Assembly: GCA_964016885.1 (NCBI GenBank)
Contig: OZ024743.1
Coordinates: 42,656,001 to 42,720,000, forward strand
Source of the DNA: Eledone cirrhosa
Lineage: Eukaryota
DNA length: 64,000 nt
Direction of reading: 5' to 3'
Each line of letters starts with the position of its first letter. Within the stretch, counting starts at the first letter, position 1. Position numbers and translations under genes: made by a program. The notes beneath the pieces were generated by a model that had not been told where the DNA came from, did not search any database, and saw nothing but the letters and a program-made list of their open reading frames with translations. This document shows positions 28,020 to 42,333 of this stretch, one piece after another.

Positions 28020-31000
28020 GTGAATGTGCGTGGCCGAGGGATGCCCTGTAAACAGGGTCAACCTTTAAACGACCTTAGGTCACACGGTATGGATGTGATA
28101 GCCATCAATGAGTTCATGAATCACAACAGGCAGCAACTAACTCTCATCTTCGACGACTTTGAGATATACGCATCTCTCTGTCAGCCAGGACGTGGAGGGG
28201 AGTGGCTGTCATGTTTCGGAAGAACCTGGACGTCGAAGTACAGCAAGTACACTTGGACCCGAAGGGTAGACTGGTAGTCCTAGACGTGAACAGTATTGGA
28301 GGTGGAGCCTTCAGACTGGTGGCCGTTTATGCCCCGACCGGGCAATCGCAATCTCAACCAGACTTCTTTAAGCGTCTAGAGCCTTTTCTGGGAACATCTC
28401 GCTCCTTACATTTAGTGGGGGACTGGAATGGTATCCTAGATGCACGATGAGACTATGTGGGAACATGTCTCAGTAGAGAGGGTGGTGCAACAACCTCAAC
28501 ACTTTAATCAGCCAATTCCAACTGGCCGATAGGTTTCGACTGGATTTCCCGACTGCACCTCAGTGGACGTGGGCAAACCGCAGCGGGACATCTAGATCGT
28601 ATTTAGATAGGTTCTTCATTAGAGAAAGGGACAAGGAGATGTTAAGCAGTCAACGAATGCACAGGGTTGCCTACTCAGATGACAAATTAGTCGTCTGCTT
28701 AGTCAACCGTGATAGAATACATAGACAGGGACCCGGATACTGGAAGCTGAACGTGTCGTCGCCGCCACGTAAAGCTTACAGTGAACGGATAAGTAGACTA
28801 GTCAAGCAACAGTTAACGGGAGCCATCGTCAACAATAGAAGGGTAGTACTCTCTAAAGAAAGCAATTAGAGTAGAATCCATAGAGTTTAGCAGAGAGTTA
28901 GCCTTAGAGAAAAACAAAATAGAAAGAGAAATAGTAGCCAAGGTAGAGGAGGCACTTAGAAGTGGCAACGCGGCTAGAGTGTTAGCGTCGAGAACGGCAC
29001 TAGACCAGTTCTGCGGCGCGAAACACGAAGACTACGTGGTCAGAAGCAAATCACGTGCTCTAAGAAACGAAGGAGCGAAAGCTGTCAGCTGGGCCCGAGT
29101 GGCGGAGGCAAAAAGTGGCAACAAGTCCACGATTCGGTATTTGAAAGACCAAAACGGACGCGTATTACTTGACCCCAAATAAATGTGCGCGGCCTTTCAG
29201 CAGCACTTTGCGCGACTGTTTGAGCAGAACGACGGTGAGCCGAACGGAGTAATGGACTTTAGTTCATACCTCGACGGCCTGCCGCGTCTCTCGAACACGG
29301 ACGCCGAGTTCTGCGAAAGACCGATCACGGACACTGAGATACGGGACGCTCTGGGCCGCTGTGGGAAACTCAAGTCACCAGGTCTCGATGGTCTACCCTA
29401 TGAGATTTACATAGGCATGCCGGACTTGTTCTCTGGCGTCCTCAAAGCCTTCTACTGGAATTGGCAGCAGAACGGGAGAATTCCCAGTTCTGCAGGCAAG
29501 GGCGTAGTAACGCTGATCAGGAAAGTCGAGAACAAGGGGGACGAAATTAACAACTTCAGGCCCATAACTCTGCTCAACACAGAGTTACAGATTTTGGCCA
29601 AAGTGCTAGCGACGACGTTGGCGCTTGTCGTTGAGAACCTGGTAGGGAGAGTGCAAACGTATGCAATCCCGACCAGCTCCATACACGACAACCTCCACCT
29701 CATGCGATACATCGTAGAGAGGGTGGGTAGTAAACCCGGCGTCGGTGCGGCTCTGATCAATTTGGATCAGTCTAAGGCATTCGATAGGGTCGACCATCGA
29801 TACTTGGAAGCGGTTCTCAAGGCGGCCGGGTTCGGTCCTGTTTTCAGAGGCTGGATCTAGGCGATACACACCAGCATCTGCTCGAGGGTCAAGGTGAACG
29901 GCTACCTATCGGAGCCGTTCACAATCACGCGTTCCATTCGACAAGAGTGCCTTCTCTCCTCCATTCTGTATGTATTGACTCTAGAGCCACTACTGCGGAG
30001 ATTGGAGCTGTTACAGGGCATCCCTCTAGAACCGGGATTGCGCAAAAAGCGTCGGCTTATGCCGACGACATGACGGTAGTGGTGTCGAGAACCTCGGAAA
30101 TCGGGGTGATCGGCAACTTACTGAAAGAATACGAAACACTGACGGGAGCAAAACTTAACCCGGACAAATCTGTCGGGTTGCAACTCAGTACGTGAGAGGC
30201 AAACCGATGACGTCCGACAGCGTCGTTGGACGCTGGACGGACGGACCGGTGAAATTGCACGTGGTCTGGTTCGCTCCAGGAGGAGAAAAACTGGAACGAG
30301 GTCGCGGCCAAGGTGTTTGCGCTCGCCCAGAAGTGGGCAGAGTGCAAACTGTTATTGAAAGGTGGAGTGGAGGTGGAAAACACTCTCATAGCGTCCGTCA
30401 TCTACTACCGCTTGACTGTCGTGCCTTGTCCCCGTGAACACCTCGCCAAGATGGAACGCATGCTCTTCCAGTTTCTGTGGAAGAAGCAGGCTCCGCTGGT
30501 GAGGAGATCCGTCTGCTGTCAGCAACCTTCCAACGGAGGGATGGGAATGCCGTGGCTGATGATGCGCAAACATGCGCTGAGGCTGCGGCATCTCCAGGTA
30601 TTCCTCACCGACCCACAACCGGTGTGGGCACCGTTTGTGAGACAGGCTTTCCCACAGCACGTCTCGCTGACGGAGCTGCAGCCCTGGGTCAAGAAAAAAC
30701 CGAAAACGATGGGCGCCTGGCACACTGAATGCGCTCAGGCGCTCACAGTCCTCTGGCAAGCGGGCGCAGCAATCAGTGGAGACTCCACTTCGACATTCTA
30801 TAGAGGGATTGTACGTTACGAGGGCGACGACTTGCTCGGAGAGACTCTGGGCGTCGAAGACGATGAGCTCACCAGTCTGTATGGTAGGATTTTCCGCCCG
30901 GGATCTATGGACAACTTCCAGAGGTCCCGGGCGGAAGGTCCTACCAAACCAACCTGTAGAACTATGCAGAAGAACTGGGACAAATCCAGTTGACTGCCGT

Positions 31001-31243
31001 GTCCATAGTAAGGATCAAACCGCCAGCCTCTTTCAAAAACGAAAGAGAGGCGGTTTTACTCTGTACAGTGGCTATGGTGAAAGAAGTTATATGGTGGACG
31101 AGATTGAAAGGACTGAGGACATATGCCTTTCTCTCCGGACAACAATTGACTCCCTTCTTTAAGTATCACAAATTTACTGAAAGGTGGGTGAAGGAAGCGA
31201 AAATGGCCTGAGTGATTGGGCCTTCTCTGTTTATAAGCCTGTA
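28020..31243 (+). pseudogene. LINE ORF2 (AP endonuclease plus reverse transcriptase), multiple stops and frameshifts
   Basis: ORF fragments 28020, 28202, 28639, 28979, 29183, 29947, 30313, 30990. Confidence 0.9.
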
Positions 31244-31476
31244 GGTTAAAGAAGAGAGCAAAAGGAAGAAAGGAGCACTTGCACAACACGCTCCTGGAGT
31301 TGACGGTTGTTCTATCGACGGGGTATTAAACAACCCATTTGTGGCGCTTCCCCCCTATTGGGGATTTCGATTGTTGTAATTTTTTGTTTTATATTTTTTA
31401 CACGACTGTATGTAAAATCCCCGTCATGTCTTTGTTTTGTCCTCTTTTCTTGTGTGCCCTTGTGGCAAATAAAGAA

Positions 31477-31518
<42 letters not shown>

Positions 31519-31574
31519 TATCAGTCAGTAATTGGGATTTTATGATATTAATGGATATACATTAATATATAACT

Positions 31575-31750
31575 ATATATTCATTTATAGGCAACAAAGT
31601 TCTTTCTTTGCACATCTGCAACATCATCAGTGGTACTTTTATGTTTCCTCTTGTTGTATTGCCATTTTTGGCGTAGACATAATAGTACCACTGATGATGT
31701 TGCAGATGTGCAACGAAAGAACTATGTTAGACTATATATATGTATTTATA
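31575..31750. repeat. Short fold-back whose arms each contain a hammerhead-like motif (31685-31730 +; 31591-31636 -)
   Basis: gtacca-CTGATGA-t-gttgca gatg tgcaac-GAAA-gaac-TA-tgttag and its inverted copy. Confidence 0.65.
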
Positions 31751-32091
31751 TCTGTATTTTTGACCGTTGGTCAGTCAATGATAAACATTGAGGACCAAAT
31801 AAATTAAATATATAGATACAAAAGATACAGAAGCGAAAACCAACCAAACTGTGAGTGTGTTCTGTTATTATTTCTGGCAATATTATTACAATATGACCGC
31901 CCCAAGTTTAACAATATTTGTTTCGACACACGATTTCATATAAAAAACCTCGCAAAACAAATATATGTATATATATATAGTGATGAGGAAAGCTCCCCGC
32001 CCCCGTTCTTGCTTCCTTCGTATTCCCACTGCATTTTAAGTTACCTTAAATAGCAACTACACAACCATTTCTATTCTCCATATATTTCATC

Positions 32092-32250
<159 letters not shown>

Positions 32251-32745
32251 GAGGACGATGGATGAATAGAGAGACAGAAATAGAAGGGGAGACAGAGAAT
32301 GTGAGAGAGCTGTAGACAGATAATAATATAGTAGGTAGTTATACATATTGTTTTGAAAGATTAGACCGTGTAACAAAAACATTTTTTTTCTCTGTCCTAG
32401 CCTGTAATCACTTTTTTGTGTTGCTTAGGTCCCAAATAAATAAATAAAAAAGTGCTATTAAACAGTTAAAAGTTGGGGTTTGTAAAAATTCTAAGCTATT
32501 CACTAGAATTATTTGTATGCTGGATTTTACATTGTATATAAGTTTAATTTGCTTATGTTAAATGACTTTTTTATATATGTTTCAGGTTAAATTAAAATTA
32601 TAAAATAAAGAGTAATACCTAAAGAAAATTATAAAAGTGCAATAAAGTATAAAATTGTTAAAAAGTGGATTAAAGAGATTTATTGATACTGGATTTTCGC
32701 ACCCTAAATAAAGGATAAGTTGTGTTTTAAGCATTCGTCTTCAGG

Positions 32746-33891
32746 ATGAAGCAGTGGAACTTGGTCAAGGAAGAAGTGCAGGTGACAAGTCAGAGATGTC
32801 GACACGAACCTTTCTTAGGCTTTTACACTCTTAGGGGTGGCCTCTGCTTCTGCCATGACGTGCGTGGACTGTTTGACGTTATTGGGGTGCCGTTTGTTCC
32901 CAAGAAGTGGTGGCTATTTATAGACAACTCCACCACAAGTTTGAAGGCTGTCCTTCTCCACAATGGAAACAAGTTCCCGACACTGCCCCTAGTTCATTCA
33001 GTCTGCCTGAAGGAAGATTACTACAGTGTGAAAGTCCTCTTGGATGCTCTGCAATACAACCAGTACAATTGGAAAATCGTTGGAGACTTCAAGATGGGGG
33101 CTTTCCTGCTTGGACTCCAAGGAGGCTTTATCAAATTCCAATGCTTCCTCTGCTTTTGGGACAGGAGAGCCACCTCTGATCATTAAAAAAGAAAGAACTG
33201 CGAGCAACGAATAGAATTTGTAGTTGGGACCCGGAACGTCATGTGGGAGCCACTGGTTGATCCCAGGATTGTGCTCATGCCGCCACTGCACATTAAGTTG
33301 GGATTGATCAAGCAGCTTGTGAAGGCTCTCAACCAAAAATCAGGCGCTTTTAAGTACCTTTTTGATTTCTTCCCTAAGTTATCTGAGGCCAAAATCAAAG
33401 GTGGAATTTTTGTTGGACCTCAGATAAAGAAGGTGTTTGAGTCTACTAAGTTCTCCAATAAGCTCAATAGGATTGAGAGAACAGCATGGAACTGTATCAA
33501 GGTAGTTGTTAATGGATTCCTGGGCAACTACAGAGCTGAAAACTACCAGCAACTGGTGCAGGATCTGATAAAGGCTTTTGGCGCCATGGGATGCAGGATG
33601 TCGCTTAAACTCCATATGCTGGACGCTCACCTGGAAAAATTCAAGGAGGACAATATGGGTGCCTACTCAGAAGAACAAGGCGAACGATTCCACCAAGATG
33701 TGAAAGAGATAGGGCGGAGGTACCAGGGCCACTACAATGAAAAATTGGGGGACTATATCTGGGGGCTAGTGCGGGAATGCGACCTGGACTACAACCGCAA
33801 ATCCAGGAAAAACCAGTCATTTCTGACGTGTATAAGTTGCTTTATAAGTGTTATTTATTTTTACTTGTTTGCTTTTGATAAGGTTGTGTAA
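32746..33891 (+). pseudogene. Transposase C-terminal half with an in-frame stop at ~33184
   Basis: ORFs 32746-33186 (LFIDNS..SLKAVLLHNGN..GDFKM..CFLCFWD) and 33241-33891 are in the same frame. Confidence 0.85.
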
Positions 33892-34047
33892 TAAAATAAA
33901 TATATACTCTGTTGATTCAATTATATGAACTGATAAATAAAAAAGAAATGTGTTTTTTCTTGAAAAATATGAAAATATGAAAATTTAGAAATATCAAACT
34001 CCTGACCACAAACCCAAACTTCTGATTAAATAATAGTGTTTTTTTGA

Positions 34048-34232
34048 TAATAATTGTTTCTACTTTTGGCACAAGGCCAGCAATTATCCAGTGCATTACT
34101 GGTACTTTATTTTATCGACCCCGTAAGGATGAAAGGCAAAGTTAACCTCGGCGGGATTTGAACTCAAACCATAAAGGGGCGTAACTCTTTGCTGCAAAGC
34201 ATAGCGTCAGACCCTCTACCGATACTGCCAAA
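34048..34232 (-). mobile_element. SINE family B nested in the DNA transposon
   Basis: Reverse complement of the 20541 consensus. Confidence 0.88.
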
Positions 34233-34817
34233 TGGGATATAACAAACCATGAAAAGACAATTAGATCCGTGGAACAAAAAATATGTTACACGGTGTTATT
34301 TATAAATAGCAGATGCTTGAACGGCTACTCTCCATTGGTTGTACACTCACTACACGAGTTTCGATGAACTATAACGACCGTGAAATATATGTATACACTC
34401 CTCATTTTATGATATTGATGTAGATGTGGTTGAATCATGTCTTAAAATACTCATAGCGAGATTAAACGTATGTCTATTGTGTACATAAATATATTCAACA
34501 TGGAGACATATATAAATGCATTTTGAATCACGTCTGGTTAGCGCCATTTCTAATTAATAGTATCTAACGAAGCTTGGGCCCATATGCAAATAAGATTTGA
34601 ACAAATATCGGTTTACGAAATCAATAAGATTTCAATTCATCGGTAATTAGGCATAATTAGGCAGCTGCTGCATCTTACATCGATACCATGGAAGCCCTGA
34701 TATACTTACGTCTTAAATACTTTAGACGAAACAACATATGTCTTTCTCCTGAAGTGTGCTGTGTTAGTTTTATTGCTGAACGTTTCAGTTTTCATCATTA
34801 CCATATAGCGGTGTATT

Positions 34818-35010
34818 TGCAGCATCGGTAGAGCGTCGGATAACATGCTTTGTGACATTTAAGTACATCCCATTATGTTATGAGTTCAAATCACTCCGAG
34901 GTTAGCTTTGCATTCATCCTTACGGGGTCGTTAAAGCAATGCACCAGTAACGTACTGGTGTTGATTTAATTGACATTTCCTTCTCCGCCAAATTGTTGGA
35001 TTTATGCCTA
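34818..35010 (+). mobile_element. Older SINE family B-related copy
   Basis: gcagcatcggtagagcgtcgg..gagttcaaatc..ttcatccttacggggtcg. Confidence 0.7.
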
Positions 35011-38000
35011 TTTCATGTTATGTTTGAATATCTCGGAAAAGTGAAACAACGAGAACTTAAGCAATATACATAGAAGCCTCATTATAAATCTAATATTAAT
35101 TATTAATGCTGACAAATAGACTGTTTAATATATAGGAACGAGTCAATTGACAAAAGAATGAAAGACATGACAGATGTCGACGCCCAATAATTAAAGTTTG
35201 AAAAAGAATATGTTCGATATTTCAAATACTAAATTAAATATTTACAGAATAATAATAATATATATTTTCTGAGGTAACATCTAATCATTTTATTTCTAAA
35301 GATTCAAGTATGTCTCCCGCATACGTTATTATTTATATTATGGAGATCTTTAAATTCTCGCATACATGCTGATACTTTTAAAGTATCCTGTATAATCAAA
35401 CGATAACAGCTTCTAAATTAAGCTTTATGGTCCTCTGATTGACGATATTTCCACTTATTTATTTTCTTTTTCTCCCTTTGTATATATCTGAATTAAGAAA
35501 TTAATTGTATATTCGACCAAATTCCAGAAGCCAGCAATGCTTGGATAATGGACGTGCGAATGCAGAACGGTTTCATCGCTCTGTACGCATCTTGGACACG
35601 CCCCTCTAATAGCAATTTCATGCCTCTATAGATTGCTGCAAACCGACAGAACCTCCGTTATCACTGTCAAGAGGGGGTGTTCTGAAAATATCCCACAGAA
35701 ACTTGGCAAAAATGTATTCGGAACAGACTTGTTCTCGTCGACACCTCGATATCTCTGAAAACGCTGTCACTCTTTGCCACCACTACTTCTCTATAGAAAA
35801 CCACCGTGGAATTTCCGCTAAAACTGCAGCTCAGTCAAAAGGAAGAACTGCGGTAGATCCTTAACAAAGGAGGCCAACACCTGTTATCGAACCTGTTAGC
35901 GAACATCCTGAGATATCTACAAATGCCGTAAACTCAGTGAATGTTTGAATATAATCAACCACGCTATGCTAAAGCATCTACGCAATGGTTGTTGGCAGCA
36001 GATAAACCGCATGACCAGTAGAACGTATCTCTTCTACATGAAATGAAAGATCGGGCACACAGACTGGTGAGGCGCAAACTTGGGCAATGCACAGAGGTGA
36101 TGTACGTGTTTACACCTTTCGTCCGACCCCGGTCCATTTCTGGTGAGAGTGACTATTCTGCTCGTTACCTCGTCTCAGTTCAAAACTGGAACACGAGCAA
36201 ATTTAACCAGTCCGTCGGTCAAACGTCAACAACATTATTGAATGGCATGGAGGTGCCTCCCCAAGTGCTGTGGTTTCCTAATGTCTATGGGATACCTTTG
36301 TTCTGAGTAGCAGATTGCGCAATTTTAAATATGTTTTGGGATGAGCAGAAATCAACATAATACTTACCTGTAGAGCAACTGTAATTTATTTGCTTGTATA
36401 TAACACTGACGTGTTAATGTAGTTGCTTTGTCATATCAGGATACTACATCATCCTAATGTTTGTCTTTTATTGAATGTGGTGATATAACATTAACATTTC
36501 AGGAAAGTAACTTTAAACATTAAGTTCAACAAAAATGCTATGGACATGATTTCAAATATATAGCGTGTAATCAGGCAAAATGTTCGTATTCTCATATTAT
36601 TGCCTAGTATGTAAAAGACAGCTACAAGCAAAGCTCATGCCAAATGCCATATGCTAGAAGAAATAGCCAAAATGAACCTCTCTTGATCTAAACAAGAAAT
36701 ATATTTTCAACGATTCAAAATACTATTTTTTCTCATTTGCACATCACGCTTGAACGCATCAAATCTCTTTAAAGACACGGATAAGGCGAACGCAAGATTC
36801 AAATAATTGAAAAATGAATTCTCTTGGATGAATGATGCCAAGATTGATGAATGCCTTTAAATCAGGGAAATGTTATTAGCTGAGTGATTTCACGGGGTGA
36901 TGCACGATCTTGAAAAAGATAGAGAAGGCATTTGCGCGAACTTCAGGGAAATCACAATGCCGAAAATTATTCTGAAAGACCTTTTAAAAAGCAACAAAAT
37001 GCAATATTTCATTAACGGTTCATTTCTTGAACTCTGATACGGACTTTGTTTCGACAAAACTTGATGAAGCAAGCGATGATATCAATGAGCATTCCCCTCA
37101 GAATATTTCGTCACAGGAAAATCGTTATCGAGGGAACTGGAGCCCCACTAAGTTTTCCGCCTACAGCTGACCTCTTAAGAGAGACATGTACGATGTACAT
37201 TACAGCGGAAAATCAGAAAACCTACTTTTTATATTCAATGTGTGTATGTTCAATCTCAATTTAATGAATATATACATATATGGGTCTTAGCATTCCTCGC
37301 AAAAAACATAACCAGATAGAGCAACGTTATACACTTATTTGGATTCAGCATAATAAATCCTAAAGCAATCAGGTATTTTTTATTCTTGTTACACGAAACA
37401 AATATCTTATTCGTTCCTTAGTGTAATCGAAGAACTAGAAATACCGATAAGAACAGACACATCCTTAAAAGATTGTAATGTTGAAGAATAAGAACTTGTA
37501 GCTAAGTCGATAGAAGTAGGTTGAATGTTTTCAAAAGGTGAAGCCTAGATAATGATACACAGCAACAATATGTCTGACAAACATATGAATATGATACTAA
37601 ATGCAGCCTGTGAGTTTGGGAATAGAAAAATCTGTGAGGAAGATGATATATTGTCATATGCATTTAGCTTAGATACATTCATGTTTAAGTTCATATCTCA
37701 CCGAAATACCCATTGCCTTCGATGATCTTGAGGTCGATATTGAAGTAACATTTAAATACTGAAGCGAATATTAATAACTGTTGCATATATTCAAAATATT
37801 TCCATATGATCCTGTAAGAGTTACAATTTCTATAACAAAGAAAAAAGAAAAGAATCACAAAAAAACGACTGAAACACCACGACTGAAATAAAGGTGATAA
37901 ATCACGTGAACCCATTGTTAGGTATATTAATGCGCATGAAGGATAAATGAAGGGGAGCTGAAAAGGAATGTATACTCTTTTATACTTATTTGAAAAGTGG

Positions 38001-38300
38001 ATTAGCTAACGTTTATTTCGATCAGACAGGAGTACCGGTAATCCAAATTGCACAACAAAACGGGTAGATGCATGAAATTCCCCAATCCGCATATGTCATT
38101 ATTTTTATAATAATACATCAAAACCTACCACAATTACACACACACGCATACATACACACGCATACACACACACTGACATAAACACTAACAGACATACATG
38201 TGCACATACACACACTATAATAACATATATGACTATATTCTACTCACGTTTTGTGCACCCATAACTCCTGATATATGTCGGGAATCTCATATATATATAT

Positions 38301-39029
38301 AATTGGAGGCTTAGTAACATCGAATCTTTGGCGGTGTGCAAGCAAATTCGACCTACTATATGAATGAGTTAGCAAAGCACTCGACAAGGTAGGCTCTCAG
38401 AGTAATAACATACGTTTAAATAGCTTGACAAATTGAACATTGTGGTAGGCAAAATCTAACACACAATACCAAAGTAACGAAAGAACTAACAGGTTGAGCA
38501 AAAATACACCTGGACAAATGAAACGTTATACGTTTACGTTTACGTAACTGGCAAGCTGGTGGTATTCATGATCGAACAGAGGATTCATTTCATCAACAGG
38601 ATTTCGTTCTACCAAAGAACGGGGCGAGATACTAAATCTTGCAGCTAGCAGCAGCGAATCGGATATTTAGTTGTCACGTGTTATTTCCAGCAAGTGAAAT
38701 AACCCCCGGTATTTGGCGGGTCATTCAAAGTGTTATACAAAGGAAATATTATAATTTCCGCTAACTCTCAGAATAAGCTCTCGACCAGATGTTATTAAAC
38801 AAACACAAATAATTAACCAATCAACAGAATTGTCTAATTAAATTAATTAGTTAATTATTAAATCTAGGAGAAAATAATATAATTGGAGGCTTAGTAAAAT
38901 CGAATCTTTGGCGCTGTGCAAGCAAATTCGACCTACTAAATGAATGAGTTAACAAAGCACTCAACAAGGTAGGTCCTTAGAGTAATAACATACGTATAAA
39001 TAGCTTGACAAATTGAACATTGTGGTAGG

Positions 39030-39031
<2 letters not shown>
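38301..39031. repeat. 580-bp unit bounded by ~150-bp direct repeats (38301-38452 / 38881-39031), between (TA)n tracts
   Basis: aattggaggcttagtaa...tgtggtaggcaa occurs twice, 580 bp apart. Confidence 0.85.
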
Positions 39032-39098
<67 letters not shown>

Positions 39099-39162
39099 CA
39101 TATAGGATTGGTACTCTGGAATAGCGATGCCTACATGAATGTATGTATAGCATATTTGGCAA

Positions 39163-39576
39163 TATACTGCATGTTTAATTAAAAACATTTAGAAGACCAT
39201 ACGCTATCAATTTTAAAGTACTGACTATGTCACTTACTTCTTTTAGGCGCAAGAAGGAAGAGAGGCGGACACTCTCTATAGATACATTCATGTATACATC
39301 GCTATTTAAGAACACCAATCCTAATACATAATTTTGCTGGACCGGCAATCGGTCTGTATAATCAGCACCTGATTATTACTGGAATTCTATAAGAATCCAG
39401 CTTCTATAATTTTGGGTGGAAGCAGGGCAGTAGGTGGCTCTGATGAACGCCAACCAGTGTGAAACAGGCTGTCAGCTTCTCTCCCTTCTTTCGCCGAAAA
39501 GAAGTGACATAGTCATTACTTTAAAACTGATAGCGTATGGTCTTCTAAATGTTTTTAATTAAACATACAGTATATA
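39163..39576. mobile_element. Small element with ~73-bp inverted ends enclosing a hammerhead ribozyme
   Basis: 39163-39235 is the reverse complement of 39502-39576. Confidence 0.75.
39436..39477 (+). ncRNA. Minimal type I hammerhead ribozyme
   Basis: ggct-CTGATGA-acgc caacca gtgt-GAAA-caggctg-TC-agct; canonical core, GUC triplet. Confidence 0.8.
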
Positions 39577-39619
39577 TTATTTATATATTTATATATATAT
39601 ATATATATAATAATAATAA

Positions 39620-41517
<1,898 letters not shown>

Positions 41518-42333
41518 GGTGCAGACATCATGCCTGTGTGGGTAAAATGTCTACTTCTCAACCATTTAGTTCTAGGTACAGTACATTGCGTGGAGTTCTA
41601 TCTTCTACTATAGCAATGGGTGTCTAATGCCGTGCAATAAGAGTTTGGTTAATCATGTAGACAGAAATTGCAGAATACCGTCATATATATATATATACAA
41701 ATATAAATTAGCGAGAATCGTATTTCGGTTATTGGAAATTAGCGAAAAACAACTTCCGAGATGTGTGGCAAGCGCTCAATAGATTCTAACGAACCAGAGC
41801 TACAACATACGTTGAAAGGCCAAACACACTGAGACGATGGTTAAACCATTATCCGCACAGCTATAGAAACGACCAAGTAATTCGGGTCAAACAAAATAAA
41901 AAAGAATATGATTGAAAAATTTACCCGGACCCCTGGATGGTTGTTGAAAATCCAGCATTTGGGTTTCTGCGACTCCTAAATCAAGTACTGACCGCTTAGA
42001 CAAATAATGTTAAGCTTTTGGTAAGATGATTGAACAAGGACGTCACTTTCTCAACAGGCTTTTAGTTCAAGTGCCAGGCCAAGGATTGACCGTTAGCAAT
42101 ACCCACGTGGGGCTCGACAAGGGAGGCAACCCTTATTTTGGCGGATGAATTCAGTAAGTGTATTATTATTGCAAAATTGCAAAATATCACAAAACGAATT
42201 AAGTTCTTAACAGAATGGTTTTAAAGTTAACAAAAGCTATTCACCAGTCAATAGAATCAACTAAAAAAAATCAAGAAAATTAACTGGTCAATAGCTAGAC
42301 TCTGGAGATGAATACAATATATATATATATATA

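Larger units (their letters stand above)
26241..31478 (+). mobile_element. Near full-length degenerate Tx1/L1-type LINE (ORF1 plus APE-RT ORF2)
   Basis: ORF1 with CCHC knuckle CFRCGSTAHLNASC; APE motifs (NVRG, VYAP, VGDWN, YLDR, SDD); RT motifs (SPGLDGLP, FRPITLLN, DQSKAFDRV, AYADD); aataaa plus (ATCT)n tail. Confidence 0.92.
32364..34295 (+). mobile_element. Internally deleted DNA transposon, probably CMC/Chapaev3
   Basis: Left end gaccgtgtaaca, right end tgttacacggtg (TIR), tta on both sides (3-bp TSD); transposase motifs PPLHIKLGL and SEEQGERFHQD; family label from memory of these motifs. Confidence 0.75.

Noticed and set aside
35500-37430. Possible old DNA-transposon remnants (Tc1/mariner-like and a Chapaev-like end near 37330-37425)
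   Set aside because: Too decayed; no continuous motif or matching TIR pair could be established by eye
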